Below are positions 36,673-45,526 of a stretch of DNA of 64,000 nucleotides, in pieces (position 1 is the first letter of the stretch; each line of letters opens with the position of its first letter). The position numbers and the translations under genes were made by a program. Origin of the DNA: an uncultured Elusimicrobia bacterium (GTDB lineage: Bacteria > Elusimicrobiota > Elusimicrobia > 2-01-FULL-59-12); NCBI GenBank assembly GCA_963702895.1, contig OY969767.1:2336001-2400000 (forward strand), given 5' to 3'. Under the pieces are notes generated by a model. It saw only the letters and a program-made list of their open reading frames with translations. It did no database searches and was not told where the DNA came from.

Positions 36673-38243
36673 AGAAAAGGGAACTCCTCTCGGGGTGTGG
36701 CTTGGGGGATGGCGACCAAGGTCTTGGGCACCTCGCCGGAGGGTGGAAGCGCCGCCGGCCAGGAAAAACCGCCGCGCTTCAGCATCACCTTCGTCGGGCT
36801 GCGCTTGCCGCGAGGCAGGATGCCTTCCACATGCCGGATTTCAAAAGCCGGCATATCAAATCCTTCCCCAAAAGGCTCCATCCGCACAAGCGCCTCCCAC
36901 CAGGAGGCGTCGGCCTCCTCAAGGCTGAGGGTCGCTTCCGGGGCGCGAGCGCATGAGGTTTTGCCAACATTTTGTTCCTCCGCCATCTTCATGAGCCCCT
37001 CGCGCAGCGCGGGAAAGTCTGACTTGCGGACGGTGAGCCCCACAGCGCCTTGGTGCCCGCCAAATTTAACCAGAAGGTCTTCGTGGCGCACGATCCACTG
37101 GAAGAGGTCCGTGTGGGCTGTCCCACGGCCGGACCCGACCAGATCATCTCCCTGCTCGACAAAGAGAAAGGCCGGCCGGCCGTACTTTTGGACAAGCGAC
37201 TGGGCCGCCAAACCCGTCACAGACGGTTCCAGGTCGCGCGCCGTGGCCACGAGAACGGGGTCTTGGTCCGGAACACATTGTTCCAGTACCGTGCGCTCAA
37301 AATGACTCAGGCTCTGGTCCTGGGCGCGACGGCGCGCGCTGTTCAACCCCAGAAGCGCGTCGATCGCTTCCTTGGCCGCGAAGGGATCTTCGGTCAGGAG
37401 AAGCTGGACCGCCCATTGCGGCTGCCCTAAACGGCCGGCAGCGTTCAGGAGCGGGATGATCTGCCAGCTGGCCTGACGCACGGTGACCGGGTTGCCTTTG
37501 ATACGGAAGAAGCGCATGAGCGCCGCCAGGCCGGTCTTGGAGGTTTTGGCCAGGCGCCGCAGTCCATGCCAAACCATGGCACGGTTCGCGCCCGTCAGAG
37601 GCACTCGGTCCGCCAGGATCCCCAGCGCCACAAGGTCCAAATGGCTGTAAAGGAAATAATCCAGCCGATCATGATCGGATGGATCGATGTAGGTGCGCCA
37701 CAGGGCTTCGGCCAGATGAAAGGCCATGACGCTCCCGCAGGGTTTCTCGTCATGATCTTCGGTCGCCACGCCGGGATGGATCCAGGCAAAGGCCTCCGGC
37801 CGGGCCTCCTGCATGCGGTGGTGGTCCGCCACGATGACTTCGATGCCCTCTCGGGCGAGCCAGGCGAGCTCTTCCTTTTCGCCCGTGCCGCAATCCACCA
37901 GAACCAGGACTCGGGCCCCGGTACGCACCAGCGTTTCCAGCACGGGACGTTCCAGACCCCTGCCTTGAAGGGGGCTTCCCCAATGGACCGGGGCACCCAA
38001 CGTCTTCAGGGAACGGGCAAGGATCGCAAGCCCGCTCAGGCCATCCACATCTCGGTCAGCATAAATCGCCACCGGCTCCTGGCTCTCGACAGCCGCACGC
38101 AAACGTCCCACAGCTTTTGCCATATCCGGCAGCGTATAGGCCCGCTGCGGCAGTTCGGGCTCAAGCAGCGTCGCAAGACTCTCCGCTGTCCGATAGCCAC
38201 GTTGGTGCAGGAATTGGAGCAAGGAAGGAGGAATATCGTTCAC
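36651..38243 (-). CDS. recJ: RecJ-like single-stranded DNA exonuclease (DHH/DHHA1)
   Basis: DRDVDG, VDCG, DHH, LNAAGRL, GSGR, FGGH, EPFGEG. Confidence 0.9.
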   Translation of the reverse strand: MNDIPPSLLQFLHQRGYRTAESLATLLEPELPQRAYTLPDMAKAVGRLRAAVESQEPVAIYADRDVDGLSGLAILARSLKTLGAPVHWGSPLQGRGLERPVLETLVRTGARVLVLVDCGTGEKEELAWLAREGIEVIVADHHRMQEARPEAFAWIHPGVATEDHDEKPCGSVMAFHLAEALWRTYIDPSDHDRLDYFLYSHLDLVALGILADRVPLTGANRAMVWHGLRRLAKTSKTGLAALMRFFRIKGNPVTVRQASWQIIPLLNAAGRLGQPQWAVQLLLTEDPFAAKEAIDALLGLNSARRRAQDQSLSHFERTVLEQCVPDQDPVLVATARDLEPSVTGLAAQSLVQKYGRPAFLFVEQGDDLVGSGRGTAHTDLFQWIVRHEDLLVKFGGHQGAVGLTVRKSDFPALREGLMKMAEEQNVGKTSCARAPEATLSLEEADASWWEALVRMEPFGEGFDMPAFEIRHVEGILPRGKRSPTKVMLKRGGFSWPAALPPSGEVPKTLVAIPQATPREEFPFLWAIQPT

Positions 38244-40582
38244 GGCTTGTTTTCCACCGCGATCTCGGGCCGCGCCCGCGGGAGAATAAAGCGAAATTCG
38301 GACCCTTTTCCGCGCTCGGAATCCACCCAGACTTTTCCACGATGGCTTTCGATGATCGATTTCACGATCGCGAGCCCCAGCCCAGTCCCTTTGTGGGGGT
38401 AGCCGCTCCCCACTTTAACCTGGTAGAACTTATCAAAGATTCTTTCCTGCTCCTCCTTGGCAATACCGGAGCCTGTGTCCTTCATGGAAACCATCACATA
38501 GTCTCCTTTATCGAGCGCGCTGATCGTAATGCCCCCCTGGACCGTGAACTTGAGGGCATTGGCGAGGAGATTATCCAACACTTGTGTGAGGCGATCCGGG
38601 TCTGCCAGGACCCTCGGCAGGTCTTTCGGGAGGTGGAGCGCAAGCGTGAGATTCTGGGCCTTGACCTGAGGCGCGAAACTGATCGCGAGCCGCTCGCACA
38701 CGTCTTGAAGGTGGATGGGCCTCAGCTGCATTTTAATTTGCCCCGCCTCGATTCGCGATATGTCCAATAAGTCCGACACCAGAAGCGTCAGCCGATTGAT
38801 GGCCTTGTCCGAGGTTTCAAGGAAATGGCGCTGCTGGGAATTGAGCGGGCCGGTTTCTTCATTGAGAACGATCGAGGAAAAACCCTTGATGGTCGTCAGC
38901 GGCGTGCGCAGTTCGTGGCTCACCATGGTGATGAACTCATTTTTGAGCCGGTTGATGTGCTCCAGCTTCTCGTTGGCGGCCTTTAACCGGTCATAGAGGA
39001 TGGATCTCTCGATGGGGATGGCCGCCTGGTTGGCGAGCAGCACGGCTTGACGCTTTTTTTCCTGGGAAAAAGACCGGGGAGGGAACAACCCCAGGGCCAG
39101 AATACCGACACATCGCTGCTCGACTTTGAGTGGTAAATACAGGGCCTGTCCCAGTTTCAAAGCGCGGACCAGATCGTCTTTTTCCCATGCCGTGGTCGCG
39201 GAAGCGCGTTCATAAAAAAACTGTTCTTGCTCGTTAAAGGCCGTGGCCAGGGGCACTTTTTCGGATACCCCCAGCGTCAAGGCCTGAGGATCAAAAGAAA
39301 GCGACGAATCCCAATCCCCCCCCATCATGACCAGCGTTTCATTTTCGATGTGATGCACAAAGAAAAAGCAGAGATCCGCCGACAGGGCCCTGCGGATCAC
39401 GCGACCCAAGGCACCCACGGTATCCGACAAGACCGGCGGGCTGGGCAGCTGGGCCCCCATCTCTTGAAGAATGCTCAAGTCATAAACACGCTTGCGAAGT
39501 TCCTCATCCAGGCTAATGCGCTGCATCATATCGGTCACCCGGCCGATCAAAAGGGACACGAGGCGCACGTCGTCCTGATGGAAGAGTCCGTTCAGCTTGT
39601 TGATCGCACAAAACATGCCTTGGACGGAACCTTCGCGAAGGAGGGGCAAGGCCAAGAGCGATCGCACGCCAAGCTCACGCCAGGCCGCAGGGAGACTCTC
39701 GCTGGAATCCAGAAGGTTGAGGATTTGGGGTTGCTTGGTGACCATGAGTTCGGCGAGCCACGGACTCCCCTCGACTTTACACGCAAGACCTTGGGCCACC
39801 ACCGGATCCAGGTCAAAGGCGGGCAGAACAGGCTCGAGCGTATCGATGGAACCCCTGAGAAAGAAGAAAGCGGCCCCTTGCACCCCCACCAGATCCTTCA
39901 CACAGGACGTCATTAAGCGAACCACCTCGTCCACCGTGGTGGCCGCCGTTGTCGCCATCGCCAGTTCATAGATCGATTTGAGCTCGCGTACTTTTTGGAC
40001 GAGGTGCGTATTCGTACGGGAGAGTTCCTGGACCGTTGAGGCGACCTGGGCCTGGAGTCCTTTGTTGAAGGCCTCCAGGTCTGCCACTTTCTTATTGTTG
40101 TAAAGCGCAAGCGCGAGGCGCTCGGTGAGCGTGGAAAGTTCTTGGATCCGGTCCTCGGGGAGGCGTTTCGCTTGCTGCGAGCCAAAGAGGGCGGTTCCGA
40201 TCACCCGCCCCTCCGCTTTCAATGGAAGAAGGATCGCGGACTTGAGGCGCTGGCGCTCAAACAACGATTTCAGGACTTCCTTGTCCTCCAATTCTTCTCC
40301 TGAAGCGATCACGCGCGCTAAAGCGGAGGCATACGCCACTCCGATGGCGCCTTCCCCTTTCGCGATGCGGACGGATTGCGTGAAGGTCTGGGAAACGCCC
40401 AGCGCGTATTCGGCACGAAGAAAACCATCGTTGTTTTCAACCAAGAGGATGCACGTGGAGAACCCGTAATGATGGAAGGCGCCGGTGAGCAAACTATCGA
40501 GGCCATTTTTTAAATGGAGCGGCGCGCCCAGGAGTTTGGACGCCTCGTAAAGAAGGAGAGAAGACGTCTCGGGCGTGCTCAC
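38240..40582 (-). CDS. Multi-GAF sensor histidine kinase
   Basis: Three GAF-like segments; SHELRTPLT, NLLANALKFT, DTGSGI, GTGLGL. Confidence 0.93.
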   Translation of the reverse strand: MSTPETSSLLLYEASKLLGAPLHLKNGLDSLLTGAFHHYGFSTCILLVENNDGFLRAEYALGVSQTFTQSVRIAKGEGAIGVAYASALARVIASGEELEDKEVLKSLFERQRLKSAILLPLKAEGRVIGTALFGSQQAKRLPEDRIQELSTLTERLALALYNNKKVADLEAFNKGLQAQVASTVQELSRTNTHLVQKVRELKSIYELAMATTAATTVDEVVRLMTSCVKDLVGVQGAAFFFLRGSIDTLEPVLPAFDLDPVVAQGLACKVEGSPWLAELMVTKQPQILNLLDSSESLPAAWRELGVRSLLALPLLREGSVQGMFCAINKLNGLFHQDDVRLVSLLIGRVTDMMQRISLDEELRKRVYDLSILQEMGAQLPSPPVLSDTVGALGRVIRRALSADLCFFFVHHIENETLVMMGGDWDSSLSFDPQALTLGVSEKVPLATAFNEQEQFFYERASATTAWEKDDLVRALKLGQALYLPLKVEQRCVGILALGLFPPRSFSQEKKRQAVLLANQAAIPIERSILYDRLKAANEKLEHINRLKNEFITMVSHELRTPLTTIKGFSSIVLNEETGPLNSQQRHFLETSDKAINRLTLLVSDLLDISRIEAGQIKMQLRPIHLQDVCERLAISFAPQVKAQNLTLALHLPKDLPRVLADPDRLTQVLDNLLANALKFTVQGGITISALDKGDYVMVSMKDTGSGIAKEEQERIFDKFYQVKVGSGYPHKGTGLGLAIVKSIIESHRGKVWVDSERGKGSEFRFILPRARPEIAVENKP

Positions 40583-41310
40583 TGGCTGCCCATTTGCGGA
40601 ATCACTCGACTGAGCGAGCGCACGAGCGAGCCCACCGTGCCCTGAAGGGCGCTCTGAAGGTCCAGGCCCTCATAGCTCATACTGTCCGCCCATACGGTAT
40701 TGCCTGTCGCCGAGTCCACCAGGCGCACGATCGCGCCGACCGTGGCGCTCACCGAGACCACCTGCGCGTTGGGAACTCCCATCGCGGGCCCCTGCGGCGT
40801 CACCTCGCTTCCGCTGAGCGAGACAATCGGATTGTTCATGATGATGGTTTGTCCACCGGGGGCCATCAAGGCCGTGTCGCCCAAAAAAACCATGAGCTTG
40901 TCGCTGGGTCGGTACTCCGTCACAGAGCCCATTAGGGTGGCGTCGCCAGGGTGCTTCGCATCCGTAATTTCAAGCCTTGACCCCACCAGAATTCGAACAA
41001 ACTCATCCGAGACGGCCGCGCCGCCTATCCCGGTGAAGGGGGCCACCGAGATGCGCTTGATCTTTGAAAAATCATAGCCTTTTTTAACGGTCATACGGGG
41101 CGAAGCGCAAGCGCCGAAAAGGAAAAGAGAAAAGAGCAAAGAGAAAAGAGAGAACGCGAGCCCCCTCCTCGAAACCCCTTCTCCCAGCGCTGACGATGGG
41201 AGAAGGCGGGGAGGAGGGCACCGGCGTTTGGCCCTCACCCGTTGCCCTTTGGGCAACGCCCTCTCTCGTCTTACGCCGGGAGAGGAGATTGGTTTCAAGC
41301 GTTCCGTCAA
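40579..41310 (-). CDS. Lipoprotein (CsgG/TolB-N-like fold) with repeat-derived N-terminus
   Basis: Lipobox FGAC; KRISVAPF, VRLVD..TG..VW; TTG start overlaps the upstream TGA. Confidence 0.7.
   Translation of the reverse strand: MTERLKPISSPGVRRERALPKGQRVRAKRRCPPPRLLPSSALGEGVSRRGLAFSLFSLLFSLFLFGACASPRMTVKKGYDFSKIKRISVAPFTGIGGAAVSDEFVRILVGSRLEITDAKHPGDATLMGSVTEYRPSDKLMVFLGDTALMAPGGQTIIMNNPIVSLSGSEVTPQGPAMGVPNAQVVSVSATVGAIVRLVDSATGNTVWADSMSYEGLDLQSALQGTVGSLVRSLSRVIPQMGSQ
41119..41287. repeat. Family B palindrome plus AAAAGAG heptamer array, in frame in the lipoprotein leader
   Basis: CCTTCTCCCA..TGGGAGAAGG, GTTGCCC.TT.GGGCAAC, CCTCTCTCG..CGGGAGAGG hairpins; array aaaagag aaaagag caaagag aaaagag. 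Confidence 0.8.
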
Positions 41311-41783
41311 GGTATCTCCAAGTACTGGATATGTTTTTTCGCCACGGCTTTCAGGGATTCATCCTGGCTCAAGGAAAGGAAACGGTGCCAGGCGTCCAGC
41401 GCGCGGTCTTTGCTCCCGTTCTTTTCATAAATGAGCGCCAAGTGATAATAAGAAGCCACCGAGCTGGGGTTGACAGAGATCGATCGTTCCAGGGCCCGCA
41501 AGGCGACTTCGAGGTTGCCCATGCGGCTGGCGACCAGGCCCAGCGCCAAGGCCAATTCGGCATTGTTCTGGTCGAGGGCATAAGCGAGTTGGAGTTCCGT
41601 ATAGGCTTCGTTATAGCGCCCCAGGCGCTCATAAGCGAGACCGGTCTGGTAGTGTTGGGCGGCGGAATCAGCCGCCCACGCGAGCGGAAGAGCTGAAAAC
41701 AGAAGGGTGAAGAGCGTAGAACGCAGCACCAGGAAAATCTTTGCTCCCTTCGCCCTTCGCCCCTCTCTTTTCAAATTGGCCAT
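41307..41783 (-). CDS. Secreted TPR protein
   Basis: Signal peptide followed by three TPR-like repeats. Confidence 0.85.
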   Translation of the reverse strand: MANLKREGRRAKGAKIFLVLRSTLFTLLFSALPLAWAADSAAQHYQTGLAYERLGRYNEAYTELQLAYALDQNNAELALALGLVASRMGNLEVALRALERSISVNPSSVASYYHLALIYEKNGSKDRALDAWHRFLSLSQDESLKAVAKKHIQYLEIP

Positions 41784-41789
41784 CTTGGT

Positions 41790-42236
41790 TCAGCGCTCCA
41801 TCTCGAGAATTTTCTTGACGCGGCGCGCGTGGCGGCCAGAGCCAAAACGCGTTTTGAGGAAAGCGCGGACGGATTGCCTCGCTTTCGGAAAGCTCATGAA
41901 ACGCGCGGGCAAACAGACAATATTGGCCCCATTGTGCTCAGAAGCAAGTGCCGCGACCCGAGGGTTCCAGGCCACCGCTGCTCGGACTCCAGGGCATTTA
42001 TTCGCCGCAATGGACATGCCAATACCTGTCCCACAAAGGAGGATCCCTTTGGACACGCGCTGTTTTGAAACGGCTTCGGCGACTTCCCGCGCGAAATCCG
42101 GATAGTCCACCGAGTCCTCAGAATCAGTCCCGACATCCAGGACCTTGTGCCTGCCTCCGCGGGGCGCCCTGAGCCACTGGATCAACTGCGATTTCAACTT
42201 CAATCCAGCGTGATCGGCGCCAATGGCCAGCTTCAT
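41790..42236 (-). CDS. rpiB: Ribose-5-phosphate isomerase B
   Basis: ADHAG, DYPD, CGTGIG, HNGAN, GRHARR; start overlaps the tpiA stop. Confidence 0.96.
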   Translation of the reverse strand: MKLAIGADHAGLKLKSQLIQWLRAPRGGRHKVLDVGTDSEDSVDYPDFAREVAEAVSKQRVSKGILLCGTGIGMSIAANKCPGVRAAVAWNPRVAALASEHNGANIVCLPARFMSFPKARQSVRAFLKTRFGSGRHARRVKKILEMER

Positions 42237-43000
42237 TTTGTGGGAACCGGAACTTGGCCGTAGAGGACGATCTTCGCAAAGGAATCCGCCTCCAGGCTTG
42301 CCCCGCCGACAAGACCGCCATCGATGTCGGCTTCCTTCATGAGGCTCGCCATGTTGTCGGGCTTGACGGACCCTCCATAGAGAATGCGTACGGCCGCGGC
42401 GGCCGCTTCGCCGTAGAGTTTGGCGAATTCCTTGCGGATAAAAGCGTGCGCTTCCTGGGCTTGGGCAGGGGTCGCTGTCTTTCCCGTCCCAATCGCCCAA
42501 ACCGGCTCGTAGGCGATCACAAGGGTGGCGGGACTCGACAGGCCTTTGAGGCCTTCACGGATCTGGCGCTCGAGGACCTTGAAAGTTTGATGGGCCTCGC
42601 GCTCCTGGAGTGTCTCGCCAATGCAGCTAATCGAAGTCAGCCCCGCTGCCTGGACCGCCAGCGTTCTTTTATTGACGGCGGTATCCGTCTCGCCGAAATA
42701 CTGGCGCCTTTCGGAGTGGCCGATGACCACGTGCGTCACGCCGATTTCCTTGAGCATCCCCACGGCGACTTCGCCCGTATAGGCGCCCTTCTCTTCCCAA
42801 TGCGCGTTCTGGGCGCCCGCGCGGATGGAGCTTCCCTTCAGCTCTTCCGCCAGCGTCCAAAGCGCCGTAAAGGGCGCGCAGAGGACGATGTCACGGTCTT
42901 TCGCTGATTCGACGAGGGATTTGAAGGCTCTGACAAACGCGCGGGTGTCCGAAGCGGTCTTAAACATCTTCCAATTGCCAGCAATAAGGGGTATTCGCAT
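42233..43000 (-). CDS. tpiA: Triosephosphate isomerase
   Basis: AGNWKM, GHSERR, AYEPVWAIGTG, YGGSV, LVGGASL. Confidence 0.98.
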   Translation of the reverse strand: MRIPLIAGNWKMFKTASDTRAFVRAFKSLVESAKDRDIVLCAPFTALWTLAEELKGSSIRAGAQNAHWEEKGAYTGEVAVGMLKEIGVTHVVIGHSERRQYFGETDTAVNKRTLAVQAAGLTSISCIGETLQEREAHQTFKVLERQIREGLKGLSSPATLVIAYEPVWAIGTGKTATPAQAQEAHAFIRKEFAKLYGEAAAAAVRILYGGSVKPDNMASLMKEADIDGGLVGGASLEADSFAKIVLYGQVPVPTK

Positions 43001-43045
43001 GGTCGAATTTTACTTTATCGGCAGCCCGCGAGTATGGTGTTGACG

Positions 43046-43135
43046 TATCGGGGTACCGGAGTGTCGGGGTAACGGGGTATCGGAGTCACGACGTGGATAT
43101 GAAGTTGTTACTCCGTTACTCCGTTACTCCGATAC
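43046..43135. repeat. Inverted octamer tandem-repeat hairpin (same family as 6192-6270)
   Basis: gtatcggg gtaccgga gtgtcggg gtaacggg gtatcgga ... ttactccg x3. Confidence 0.85.
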
Positions 43136-43153
43136 GATGGAAACACCCGGCGG

Positions 43154-44932
43154 CTAACGCGCTACGGGCGGGGAGACCGGTACCGGTACGGTCTCTTTGA
43201 GCGGGAGGCGGAACGTGAAGACGCTTCCTTCTTTAGGCTGGCTGTAGAGCTGGATGTGGCCGTGGTGGGCTTCCACCACCATTTTGCAGAAGGTGAGGCC
43301 AAGACCCGTGCCCGTTCTCACTTTGGCTTTCTGGCTTTCCCCCTGCACAAATTTGTCAAAGATATGAGGCTGTTCGTCCAGAGGAATTCCCTCTCCATTG
43401 TCCCGCACCTCCACCGCCAAATGCTTGCCATCGCGAAAGAGCGAGACGACCACTTCCCCGGAGGCGCGGGGCACGTAACGGAGGGCGTTCGACACCAAAT
43501 TTCCCAGGACTCTCCCCAGAAGGGCCGGGTCGCCCTCCACGGGCGGAAGATCAACCGCCAGCATCAGCTTGAGGGACTTGCTCGCTGAATCGGCCAGCGG
43601 CCGGAAATTGGAGATGACGCTCGTCGCCCAATCGGTCGGCGTGAAGAGCTCGGGGTGGAGCTTGAGCTTTCCATCTTCCATGCGGGCCACGTCCAAGAGA
43701 TTCTGAATGAGCATGAGCATCTCCTGGGCGGAGCGCCGGGCCATCTGCACAAAGGACACCTGCTGCTCCGATAAGTTTCCCATCTCCCCCATGAGCAGGT
43801 TCTCCAGGCTTGGCAGGATGGTCGAGAGGGGCATTTTTAAATCATGCACGATCATGCTGATCAGATCGCGCCGCATGCGCTCGAGGTCCCCAAGCGATCG
43901 CGTCATCTTCTCAAACGTCGCCGCCAGGTCCTCAAGCTCGTCCTGGGTGTGGATTTCGAGATGCACCTCGCGCTTGCCTTGGCCCACTTCTTCGACAGCC
44001 TCCCGCAGGAGTCGCAAGGGCTTGAGAATCCGCCAGGAAATAAACATCGCCAGGAGAAGAAAGACAACCACGGACACCAGGGTCCAGAGAATGAATTGTC
44101 GCCGCATCCGCTCCAGGGGCGCGTAAACGTGCTTTTGGGGCTGCTGAATGACGACAGCGCTCTTGAGAAGCGGAATGGGATAAGCGAGTGAGAGATACGT
44201 GTGATCTTCGTCGTCTTGGCTCGGCGTGAGCCCGGTGGGGGCCTTGGGGTTGATCATCCACTCCCGCACCACAGGCAGGGCCGCCCAGTTGGCATGGGCA
44301 AAGACCAGTTCTTCCTTCGGATGAGCGAGGAGCATCCCCTTGCCGTCCACAATAAAGGCATCTCCTGGCATGCCCGAGGAAGCCTGAGCAAGGAGCTCCC
44401 CCAGCTTGGTGAAGCTCATTTTGACCACGATCGCTCCCGATCGCTTCGGGTTTGCAAACGAACGGATCGGCACACCCAGCAAAATGGTTGGGGCCCTGTT
44501 TCCGGCAAAAAAGGCCGCCCCGACGTAGGGCTGTCGGAAATCCTCCGGCCGACGGACCAGGCGCGGAGGAGGACCGGTACGGCTCACCTTGAGCAGTTCC
44601 TGGCCCGAAGCATGGACATACATGGTTTCTTGAAAATCAGACGATTGCCGGAGCAGGTTGCGCAAGGCCTCATACTGATCCACGCGGGAGCCCGCGGAAA
44701 AGAAGGAACTGTTGGCCACCAAGGCCGCGAGGTCCTGGGCATGAGCGATTTCGCTGTTGACCTCCTCCGCCAGCCGGCGCGCGAGTTCGGTCTGATGCTG
44801 CGTGATATTGTTGAGAAGCACCCGGGAACTGATGGAGCGGTAGAGGGCCGAAATGAGGAGCGCCGGCAAGACCACCGCGGCGATGGACAAGAGCATGAGG
44901 CGAACAATCAGGGAATGGCGCCGAAGCTTCAT
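43154..44932 (-). CDS. Cache-HAMP membrane histidine kinase
   Basis: Two TM helices, dCache-like AFIVD..G.LLAHP, HAMP, VHDLKMPL, NLVSNALRY, GTGLGL. Confidence 0.93.
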   Translation of the reverse strand: MKLRRHSLIVRLMLLSIAAVVLPALLISALYRSISSRVLLNNITQHQTELARRLAEEVNSEIAHAQDLAALVANSSFFSAGSRVDQYEALRNLLRQSSDFQETMYVHASGQELLKVSRTGPPPRLVRRPEDFRQPYVGAAFFAGNRAPTILLGVPIRSFANPKRSGAIVVKMSFTKLGELLAQASSGMPGDAFIVDGKGMLLAHPKEELVFAHANWAALPVVREWMINPKAPTGLTPSQDDEDHTYLSLAYPIPLLKSAVVIQQPQKHVYAPLERMRRQFILWTLVSVVVFLLLAMFISWRILKPLRLLREAVEEVGQGKREVHLEIHTQDELEDLAATFEKMTRSLGDLERMRRDLISMIVHDLKMPLSTILPSLENLLMGEMGNLSEQQVSFVQMARRSAQEMLMLIQNLLDVARMEDGKLKLHPELFTPTDWATSVISNFRPLADSASKSLKLMLAVDLPPVEGDPALLGRVLGNLVSNALRYVPRASGEVVVSLFRDGKHLAVEVRDNGEGIPLDEQPHIFDKFVQGESQKAKVRTGTGLGLTFCKMVVEAHHGHIQLYSQPKEGSVFTFRLPLKETVPVPVSPPVAR

Positions 44933-45525
44933 CGTGGGGGGAGGCTCGAACCGGGCGCAAAGGGTTCCGAAGGAACAATCGTGCCCGGAGGGAGTTTCTT
45001 GGAGGGCGCCGATTTCTTATGGAGCGCGATCGGCGGCGGCTTGGGGCCAGGACCGGGGAGGTCTTTCACCATCGCGTATTCCACGCAGCGTTCTGGAAAA
45101 TAGACGCAGCGCACGCACTCCGTCCAAACCTTGTGCGGCAGGTGATCTTTGGACACATGATGGAATCCAAAACGTTCAAAAAAACCGGATCGGAGGGTCA
45201 GGGTGAAAAGCCTTCGCACGTGGAGAGACGCCGCGGTCTGGGTCACCGCCTCCAGGAGTCTCTTCCCGAGGCCCCGCCCCTGATACTTTTCGTCGACCGC
45301 CAAGGCCTTCACTTCCGCGAGGTTGTCCCAGGTGACATAGAGCGCGCAAGTCCCGATCACCTTGCCTCGGGCTTCCGCGACAAAAAACTGCTGGAGGTTC
45401 TCATAGATTTCCGCGATGGACCGCGGAAGGAGCTCGCGCTTGTCCGCGAAGCGGTTGAGGAGCTGGTGCATCGCCTGGGCATCTTCCATCCGGGCTTTAC
45501 GGATGAAAACGCCCTTTTTCTTCAT
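44929..45525 (-). CDS. argA: Short ArgA-type GNAT N-acetyltransferase with Pro-rich tail
   Basis: LLPRS...YE, AEVKALAV..YQGRGLG, FTLT, LPHKVWTEC..C. Confidence 0.85.
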   Translation of the reverse strand: MKKKGVFIRKARMEDAQAMHQLLNRFADKRELLPRSIAEIYENLQQFFVAEARGKVIGTCALYVTWDNLAEVKALAVDEKYQGRGLGKRLLEAVTQTAASLHVRRLFTLTLRSGFFERFGFHHVSKDHLPHKVWTECVRCVYFPERCVEYAMVKDLPGPGPKPPPIALHKKSAPSKKLPPGTIVPSEPFAPGSSLPPR

Positions 45526-45526
45526 C

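Noticed and set aside
6192..43135. Short repeat arrays as a CRISPR array
   Set aside because: Units are 7-16 nt, tandem and inverted, with no unique spacers and no cas genes.
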